DNA of 34,206 nt from Myxococcota bacterium. Its GTDB lineage: Bacteria; Myxococcota_A; UBA796; GCA-2862545. The stretch spans positions 1-34,206 of the forward strand of contig JBCCQY010000098.1 of NCBI GenBank assembly GCA_039208735.1. Reading direction: 5' to 3'. Made by a program: the position numbers and the translations under genes. Shown here one piece after another: positions 28,070 through 34,206 of the stretch. Each line of letters opens with the position of its first letter. Position 1 is the first letter of the stretch. The notes beneath the pieces are model-generated. The model was not told the origin of the DNA. It searched no databases and was given only the letters and a program-made list of their open reading frames with translations.

Positions 28070-29029
28070 TCAGTGAGCGGAAGGCTGTCCCAGGTCTCCG
28101 ACCCAGCGCCAAACCCAGCGCAATACCTGATTCGACCAGGATGGTCCTGGCCATTCGTCCCACCAGGTCGAGGGCTCGTCGTGTTTGTAACGAATGCGTG
28201 ACGCGAAATCGCAAGACGCCCCGACGAGCGCTCGCGCCATCTCTTCCGCAGATGCCCACCGCGCGGTCCGTTTAGGCGCCGCACCCACATCGACGAACTC
28301 GCGAAACTCGGGGGGGATCGCGCGCATCACGTCTTCGTTGTCGCGACGTTGGAGCAAGATCTCGGGTCGGTTGCCGCTCATGAGCTGGTAGAGCGTCACT
28401 GCGGTCGAGTACAAATCTGCTCGCACATCGGCTTCTCGGGCATCGGCCGACAATTCCGGAGCCGAATAGCCGAAGGACCCCATGGAAGCACCCGGAATGG
28501 TGCGGAATGGGACCGCCGATACAGGATGTCGAGCCAATCCAAAGTCTGCGACGAGAATGCGGCCATCGTCACCGACGAGCAAGTTGCTGGGTTTGATGTC
28601 GCGATGAACCAGCCCATGCCGATGCACCGCATCAAGCGCAAGCAAGGTCTCGAAAATCCATCGGGCAACCTGAATGGGGTGCACCGCTCGAGCCGACCGA
28701 CTCGCATCGCGCAGGGTTCCGTTCGCCGCGTACTGCATCGCATACCAGTGAAAACCGGTCGAAGCCGACGTGCCCGCGGCGTAGACCGGGACCACATGCG
28801 GATGGCGAAACGCCTGAAGCGCCTTGGCCTCTGCGATGAAACGCTGCGCGTTGCCGTGCGAGCCCTCGGCCAGTGCGTCGAACACCTTGATGGCCACAGA
28901 CTGGTCCGCGCGATTGTCCCAATACAGGTGAACGCTCGCCATTCCGCCGTTGCGAAGGTGCCGCTGATATACGAAACGTCCATTGCCGAGCGTGCGCGGC
29001 GTCTGGACCGTGGAACGCGAGCCCTTCAC
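28070..29029 (-). CDS. Stand-alone Ser/Thr protein kinase
   Basis: [40 protein letters not shown], and a Trp-rich C-terminal tail. Start set at GTG 29029 after GGAG. Confidence 0.9.
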   Translation of the reverse strand: MKGSRSTVQTPRTLGNGRFVYQRHLRNGGMASVHLYWDNRADQSVAIKVFDALAEGSHGNAQRFIAEAKALQAFRHPHVVPVYAAGTSASTGFHWYAMQYAANGTLRDASRSARAVHPIQVARWIFETLLALDAVHRHGLVHRDIKPSNLLVGDDGRILVADFGLARHPVSAVPFRTIPGASMGSFGYSAPELSADAREADVRADLYSTAVTLYQLMSGNRPEILLQRRDNEDVMRAIPPEFREFVDVGAAPKRTARWASAEEMARALVGASCDFASRIRYKHDEPSTWWDEWPGPSWSNQVLRWVWRWVGDLGQPSAH

Positions 29030-29102
29030 CAGAGATTCTCCGTGTCCCAGAGAGTACCTGGCAGACTCCTGGGTGGCGGTTGCTAACCGGTTGCACCTCG
29101 CT

Positions 29103-30800
29103 ATGACCATTTTCGTGGTGGATTGTCCTCGGTGTGGCGCCGACATGACGGGTCGGGCCCGGTGTGTGAAGTGCGGTGCGGCGGCACCCACCCTCGCCAT
29201 GGACGACGTGGAAATGGCGCCTTCCAGCGGGCCTACGCCGCCCGGATCCTCCCGCCTGCTCGCCCCGGGAACTCGACTCGGACCCTATGTGGTCGAAGAG
29301 TTGCTTGGCGAAGGTGGCATGAGTGCCGTGTACGCCGCGATCGACGAGAGCTTGTCGCGAGATGTAGCGTTGAAAGTACTCCATCCCAATCTGGTCGGGG
29401 ATGAAGGGATTCGGCGACGCTTTTTACGAGAGGGGTTGATCACGCGAGGGTGGTCTCACCGCAACGTCGTAGCGATGTACGATACGGTCACCGCACAGGA
29501 CATCTACGCGCTTGTGATGGAGCGGGTCTCCGCCCCCACGTTGCGCGAGGTCCTCGAATCGTGGCACGGCGGATTGCCTCCACGGGAACTCGGTCAGATC
29601 GCGGTGGGGATCCTCTCAGGCCTCCAAGCCGCACACGATCATGGCGTCGTGCATCGAGATTTGAAGCCGGGCAACGTGCTCATCGAGCACCATGCGACAG
29701 GATTGGTGCCCCGGATCATCGACTTTGGAATTGCCCGAGTGCTCGAGGGCACAACCTACACCTTGACCGGGGCGGTGATGGGAACGTGCCGGTACATGTC
29801 TCCCGAACAGGTGCGTGGTGAAGTCGTCGACCACCGATCGGACCTCTACACGTTCGGCATCGTGCTGTACGAACTTGCCACGGGACAAGCGCCGTTTGTC
29901 GATCCGCAACCCTACGCGCTGATGATGGCCCATACGACGCGCGATCCAGCCCCGCCACGAAGTGTGCGACCCGGGCTCCACCCCGCCATCGAGACGACGA
30001 TTCTCGAGTGTCTGGCTAAGGACCCAAACGCTCGGCCACCCCACGCAGACCAGCTCATCGCGCGCCTCAACCACGAACTCGGAGTGGACCGACCGCCACG
30101 CGAACCTCCCAGCGGAGCGGTGGGGAATCACCACGAGCTAGTTCGCATCGATGGTGGGGCCTTCCAGATGGGGTCCGACCGCCGTGGCATCGTCCTTGAT
30201 GCGTTCAGTATCGACCGACATCCCGTCACCAACGCGCAATTCCACGCGTTCCTGACCGCAACAGGGTACCGACCGCAAGACCTCCATCGCTTCGTGGCCC
30301 ATTGGCCGAGCCTCGATGGACCTCGAGCGGACCAACGAAACCATCCCGTGGTGTTCGTCAGTTGGGCCGACGCTACGGCCTACGCGGGCTGGATGGGCCT
30401 CCGATTGCCCACAGAGGCCGAATGGGAGAAAGCGGCCCGTGGAACGGACGGTCGCCGCTACCCTTGGGGTCGCCAAACCCCCACCGTGCAGCGAGCCTGG
30501 TACGGGCAGCGCAGTGGCACCGCGGCGATTGGGGGACGTCCCCAGGGAGCCTCCGTCTTCGGGATCCACGACCTTGCGGGCAACGTCTGGGAGTGGTGTG
30601 CAGACCGCAATGATGCCGAGTTCTATGCGAATGGCCCCAAGATGAACCCGCGACGTCCGGTCACCGAGGCCGACGACCCCGTCGTCGTGCGAGGCGGCGC
30701 CTGGATGTTCGACGATCCCAAGTCACTGCGCACCTATACGCGGGGAGGACACCCAGCTTCGGTCCGTCTCAACACGGTAGGCTTTCGGTGCGCGGGATGA
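29103..30800 (+). CDS. Zinc-ribbon - Ser/Thr kinase - FGE-sulfatase (SUMF1-like) domain protein
   Basis: CPRC..CVKC. Kinase [33 protein letters not shown]-fold motifs [39 protein letters not shown]. Start is approximate (ATG 29103 or a nearby GTG). Confidence 0.92.
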   Translation: MTIFVVDCPRCGADMTGRARCVKCGAAAPTLAMDDVEMAPSSGPTPPGSSRLLAPGTRLGPYVVEELLGEGGMSAVYAAIDESLSRDVALKVLHPNLVGDEGIRRRFLREGLITRGWSHRNVVAMYDTVTAQDIYALVMERVSAPTLREVLESWHGGLPPRELGQIAVGILSGLQAAHDHGVVHRDLKPGNVLIEHHATGLVPRIIDFGIARVLEGTTYTLTGAVMGTCRYMSPEQVRGEVVDHRSDLYTFGIVLYELATGQAPFVDPQPYALMMAHTTRDPAPPRSVRPGLHPAIETTILECLAKDPNARPPHADQLIARLNHELGVDRPPREPPSGAVGNHHELVRIDGGAFQMGSDRRGIVLDAFSIDRHPVTNAQFHAFLTATGYRPQDLHRFVAHWPSLDGPRADQRNHPVVFVSWADATAYAGWMGLRLPTEAEWEKAARGTDGRRYPWGRQTPTVQRAWYGQRSGTAAIGGRPQGASVFGIHDLAGNVWEWCADRNDAEFYANGPKMNPRRPVTEADDPVVVRGGAWMFDDPKSLRTYTRGGHPASVRLNTVGFRCAG

Positions 30801-30882
30801 TCCTCGAACACTCCTATCCATCTGTCTGCTTTTTCCTCACATAACCAAGACGACACCAACCATTTGAGGCACAGTCTTGACG

Positions 30883-30898
30883 TTGGGGTACACCCCAA
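30883..30898. promoter_or_regulatory. Perfect inverted repeat just upstream of the histidine kinase start
   Basis: TTGGGGT-AC-ACCCCAA ends 3 nt before GTG 30902. Function not determinable. Confidence 0.35.
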
Positions 30899-30901
30899 GA
30901 C

Positions 30902-32374
30902 GTGCCTCGACCCCGCGCCACCCTGGCCTTCGTGGACGTGCCGGCCGACCTGCAGCCTCCGTTGCATCAGGCTTTCCGGCGTGTCTGGGACGGTCCGCAG
31001 GTTCCGATGCGCCTTTCGGAACGCCCGCACTCGACTCCTCGGCTCGCCGTCGTGGCGAAACGAGACGCTCGGGAAGCCTGGCAGATCGTGGCGGCGCTCG
31101 ACCGACGGCACCCCTTCTTGCCCGTGATGGTGGTGTTGCCGGGGGCTCGAAATCACCGACGGGAGCGGACGGTTCCCTCCCGGGTGGACTGGGCGGCCGA
31201 TCCGGAAGAGTTAGGCCCCGCGACCCTGCGGCTGTCGATTCGCTACGCCCTCGAACGGGCGACTCGACGGCGCCTCGAACACCGGCTCGACGAGCAGCAC
31301 CTCGAGGATCTCACCTGGGTGGTGAGCGAGGTTTCTCATGAGATCAGCAATCCGCTGACCACGTTGCTCACCAACCTCGAGTGGGTCCAAGCGCAGGTCA
31401 CCCAAGCCGCGCACGGTACGACACCTCTCGATCTCAACGGTGTCCTCGACGCGCTGCGCGACACCTACTCGGGCGCGTGCCATGTCTCGCGCATCGCCGA
31501 AGACTTGTCGCGAAGCGCACGACGGCGAAGCCACATCGGTGCTGTCGACCTGCGTGCGGTGCTCGACACGACGCGACGCCTGGCCAGCAAGCCCTTGCAG
31601 CACCTCGAGCTGGTCATGCGACACGGACCCAACGTGGTCGTACGTGCCAACGAGACCCGACTGTGTCAGGTCTTCCTCAACCTGCTCAAGAACGCAGCTC
31701 AGGCCCTCGAGGGCACCGACCAGCCCCGCATCGAAGTGACGGCGCAGTCGCCGAGCCACGACGTGGTCGTCGTCAAGATCCAGGACAACGGCCCGGGCGT
31801 TCCTGCCGAGATCGCCAAGTCGCTCTTCAACCCTTGGGTTTCAACCAAGGAAGGCGGTACCGGCCTCGGCCTCGCCGTGTCGCGGCGCTTCCTCACCGAG
31901 ATGGGGGCCACCCTCAAGCTCGTCGAGACCAGCGACCAGGGCACCACCTTCGCGGTGGAGCTGAAGGTGGTGGCGAAGGGCAAGGCCCGTCCGACCTTGG
32001 TTCCAGACCCCGCCGTGATGCATGCGCGGATTCTCGTCGTGGACGACACCTTGCTCGTGCGGCGTTCGATTGGCCGCGCCCTGGGCCAGCACCACGACGT
32101 CACCACGGCCGCGACGGTGGCCGAGGCGCTGGATGAAGTGCGCCAACAGGCCTTCGACCTGCTCATTGTCGATCTCGACCTGCCGGATGGCAGCGGTCTG
32201 GACCTCTACCGTGCCCTTCCGGTCGAGACGACCCCTCGCGTGTTGTTCCTTTCGGGTGAGATCGGCCCCCAAGCCCTCGCTTTTCTCGAGGAACGCAACA
32301 TTCCTTGGGCTCGCAAACCCGTCGGAATCGACCGGCTCCGTGACCTGGTCGTCGAGACGCTCCAGAGCCGCTAG
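30902..32374 (+). CDS. Cytoplasmic hybrid histidine kinase/response regulator with a degenerate N-terminal receiver-like domain
   Basis: H-box SHEISNPL, N-box QVFLNLLKNA, DNGPG, STK, GTGLGL. C-terminal receiver ILVVDD..DLLIVDLDLPDGSG..LSG..KP. Confidence 0.93.
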   Translation: MPRPRATLAFVDVPADLQPPLHQAFRRVWDGPQVPMRLSERPHSTPRLAVVAKRDAREAWQIVAALDRRHPFLPVMVVLPGARNHRRERTVPSRVDWAADPEELGPATLRLSIRYALERATRRRLEHRLDEQHLEDLTWVVSEVSHEISNPLTTLLTNLEWVQAQVTQAAHGTTPLDLNGVLDALRDTYSGACHVSRIAEDLSRSARRRSHIGAVDLRAVLDTTRRLASKPLQHLELVMRHGPNVVVRANETRLCQVFLNLLKNAAQALEGTDQPRIEVTAQSPSHDVVVVKIQDNGPGVPAEIAKSLFNPWVSTKEGGTGLGLAVSRRFLTEMGATLKLVETSDQGTTFAVELKVVAKGKARPTLVPDPAVMHARILVVDDTLLVRRSIGRALGQHHDVTTAATVAEALDEVRQQAFDLLIVDLDLPDGSGLDLYRALPVETTPRVLFLSGEIGPQALAFLEERNIPWARKPVGIDRLRDLVVETLQSR

Positions 32375-32508
32375 GCACCGCACACACGAACCCTAGTTTT
32401 GCGGGACCACGATGGTCGCCCGCGTAACGAACCGTGACGACCCGCGTCTGGAGATGTGGAAGGGTGCACAGGCTGGTGGGATGCAGGTAGAGAGGTCTGA
32501 TTCGTTGA

Positions 32509-32529
32509 TTTTGGATGGACCGTCCAAAA
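32509..32529. promoter_or_regulatory. Near-perfect 21-bp palindrome upstream of the sigma factor gene (candidate TF site)
   Basis: TTTTGGATGG-A-CCGTCCAAAA (9 of 10 positions match), about 100 bp upstream of ATG 32632. Confidence 0.45.
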
Positions 32530-32631
32530 CGGAACGCGGCGTCTCAAATCGTGACAACTCGCTTGCTTGTGGTGCTCCAGGGCCGTGCTTAAACTGGACC
32601 CAAGAGTCCAGATTGGGATCGGGAGGGCAAC

Positions 32632-33642
32632 ATGCAAGCGTCCCCATTGACCTACGACGAGTTCCGCGAGTTGACCGCCGAACAGGAGATCGATCTCGGT
32701 CGGCGCATTCTTCGAGCCGAAGAACAGGCTCGGGAGTCGCTTGAGGGGCTCGCATGCGTGGAGGAGATCCTCGGTCGGGTGCCCTCGGGTCGCTACAAGA
32801 CCCGGGCGGGGTCGGTCGAGAACCTCGAGGAAGCCGTTCACACCGCGTGGGAAGCCTCCAAGACCGATACGTCGATCCGCACCGCCGCCCGCAAGGCGAT
32901 CGCCGCGTGGAACGAGGCGGATGAGCTTCGCTGGCGATTGGCGATGAGCCAACAGCGCATCGCGTTTCACGAGGCTCGGAAGCTCGCGAACCGCCTCATG
33001 GATCGCTCGGACCTCGTTCAGGAAGGCTATGTCGGCCTGCTTCGCGCCGCGAAGCGCTTCGATCCGGAACGCAAGCTCCGGTTCTCGACCTACGCGCGGT
33101 GGTGGGTGAGGGCGCAGATCACCCGCGCCATCGATCAGCACGGACGAGTCGTGCGCCTGCCGGGTGCAGCGGTCGAGCAGCTCCGCAACCTGCGCAAGGC
33201 GCAGCGTGACCATGAGCAAGAGGGCGCGGACTGGACGATCGCCGAACTCGCGCAAGAGGCTGGAGTCGACAAGGAGCGGGCTGAATTCCTGCTGTCCCGC
33301 GGCGATGCCGTCTCGCTCGACGAGCCGCTGGAAGATGACAACCCGCGGTCTCGCGCGCTCGGTGGGATTCTTGCCGACGATTCGGCCATCGACCCCCTGG
33401 GTGACGCCATCGAGCGGCAGGAAACAGGCCGGGCCCTTGAAGCGGTGCAGGGTCTCGATGATCGCCAGCGCTTCGTCGTGACGTCGCGCTTCGGCCTCGA
33501 CGGCAACCGTCCGAAGAGCCTCGCGGAAGTGGGCCGCCTGATGTCGCTGTCGCGCGAACGCGTGCGTCAGCTTGAGAAGGAAGCGTTGCGGGTGCTCCGT
33601 GACAACGGCCAGATTCGCGAAGCCCAGGCACAGAGCCGCTAA
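32632..33642 (+). CDS. Sigma-70 family RNA polymerase sigma factor (RpoD-related alternative, no region 1.1)
   Basis: Region 1.2 LTAEQEIDL, region 2 DLVQEGYVGLLRAAKRFDP..RFSTYARWW, region 3 VSLDEP, region 4.2 SLAEVG..LSRERVRQLE. Preceded by GGGAGGG. Confidence 0.95.
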   Translation: MQASPLTYDEFRELTAEQEIDLGRRILRAEEQARESLEGLACVEEILGRVPSGRYKTRAGSVENLEEAVHTAWEASKTDTSIRTAARKAIAAWNEADELRWRLAMSQQRIAFHEARKLANRLMDRSDLVQEGYVGLLRAAKRFDPERKLRFSTYARWWVRAQITRAIDQHGRVVRLPGAAVEQLRNLRKAQRDHEQEGADWTIAELAQEAGVDKERAEFLLSRGDAVSLDEPLEDDNPRSRALGGILADDSAIDPLGDAIERQETGRALEAVQGLDDRQRFVVTSRFGLDGNRPKSLAEVGRLMSLSRERVRQLEKEALRVLRDNGQIREAQAQSR

Positions 33643-33663
33643 GGCGCGTGGACAGTTGGGGGA

Positions 33664-33684
33664 TCCGGTCAACGGTTGACCGGA
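33664..33684. other. Perfect inverted repeat after the sigma factor stop (possible terminator-like hairpin or protein site)
   Basis: TCCGGTCAAC-G-GTTGACCGGA, with no U-tract on either strand. Confidence 0.45.
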
Positions 33685-33689
33685 AGGGT

Positions 33690-34206
33690 GACGCCTGTTC
33701 AGATTCTGAGTAAGCTCGCCCCATGACCCGAGTTGAGCTTCTCATTCACCGTCTGGTGGTCGCCGCGCGCTCGCTGTCTCGACGTGGGCCGGCGGGGGAC
33801 CTGGGTCGGTTCCTCGGTGGCGTTCTCTGGATCTTGCACACGGGTCGGTCCCGCGGCGGCTTCACCACCAAGGCACATGCGGTGGTCTCGGCCAGCGGTC
33901 GCGGGCTGACCTTCGCGCTGACGCCTGGCCAGCGCGGCGACGTCACGCAGGCGATCCCCTTGCTGGGGTCCGTGCCGACGCCCTTGGCGGTGCTCGGCGA
34001 CCGCGCCGACGACGCGGATGCGCTCCTCGCTTGGTGGTCTGTGCACGATGTCGCTGCGGTGATCCCCGCCCGCCGGAATCGGCGTGTGCCCTGCCCGCTC
34101 GACCGGTCGATGTACGCGATGCGCAACGTCATCGAGCGGTTCTTCGGACGGTGGAAGCGCTGGCGGCGGGTGGGCACCCGGTCCGACAAGACCGCCGCGT
34201 CCTATC
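33690..34206 (+). mobile_element. IS5-family (IS427-like) insertion sequence, defective and truncated by the window edge
   Basis: Contains the transposase remnant below. The left boundary is approximate because the right inverted repeat lies outside the window. Confidence 0.75.
33723..34206 (+). pseudogene. IS5-family transposase with an internal in-frame deletion
   Basis: Manual translation from ATG 33723: ...RFLGGVLWILHTG|RSRGGFTTKAHAVV...LTPGQRGD...LGDRADDAD...VIPARRNR...YAMRNVIERFFGRWKRWRRVGTRSDKTAASY. The segment normally lying between LxTG and GRSRGG is missing. Not in the ORF track. Confidence 0.88.

Noticed and set aside
28983..29200. Overlapping 5' ends of the two divergent kinases
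   Set aside because: Starts at about 29029 (-) and 29103 (+) fit the domain boundaries and remove the overlap.
30680..30900. FGE-domain C-terminus as a diversity-generating retroelement variable region with a downstream hairpin
   Set aside because: No template repeat and no reverse transcriptase in the window. Remote targeting cannot be excluded, but nothing here supports it.
32552..32568. Sigma-54-like promoter upstream of the sigma gene (TGACAA-N5-TTGC)
   Set aside because: The invariant GG at -24 is absent (GA).
1..34206. CRISPR arrays, tRNA/rRNA genes, prophage or integrase genes
   Set aside because: None recognised by eye. Intergenic gaps are short and show no repeat-spacer periodicity. 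Small ncRNAs cannot be excluded without covariance-model searches.

Overview
GC-rich, gene-dense bacterial chromosomal window. The gene content (five Hanks-type Ser/Thr kinases, a PP2C phosphatase, a PilT-like protein, lipoproteins, a futalosine-pathway-type radical SAM enzyme) suggests Myxococcota or another former deltaproteobacterium; this is inferred, not shown. In order: the 3' end of a TolC-family gene; a SulP transporter with a divergent wHTH regulator; a CofH/MqnC radical SAM enzyme; a hemerythrin-like protein lacking most metal ligands; a prolyl oligopeptidase; a lipoprotein; a PP2C phosphatase divergent from three tandem paralogous kinase-STAND NTPase-TPR genes (about 10.4 kb) followed by a vWA lipoprotein; a three-gene minus-strand unit containing a PilT-like protein that has lost its ATPase motifs; rpiA; an exported SRPBCC protein; an RNB exoribonuclease with about five KH-II-like N-terminal repeats, coupled to an HNH-like protein lacking catalytic histidines; a divergent kinase pair; a hybrid histidine kinase; an atypical sigma-70 factor; and an internally deleted IS5-family element running off the right edge. 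The best candidates for undescribed systems are the kinase-STAND-TPR triplet with its PP2C and vWA neighbours, the repeat-RNB/HNH-like pair, and the pseudo-PilT. All domain calls are from motif recognition by eye; no searches were run.
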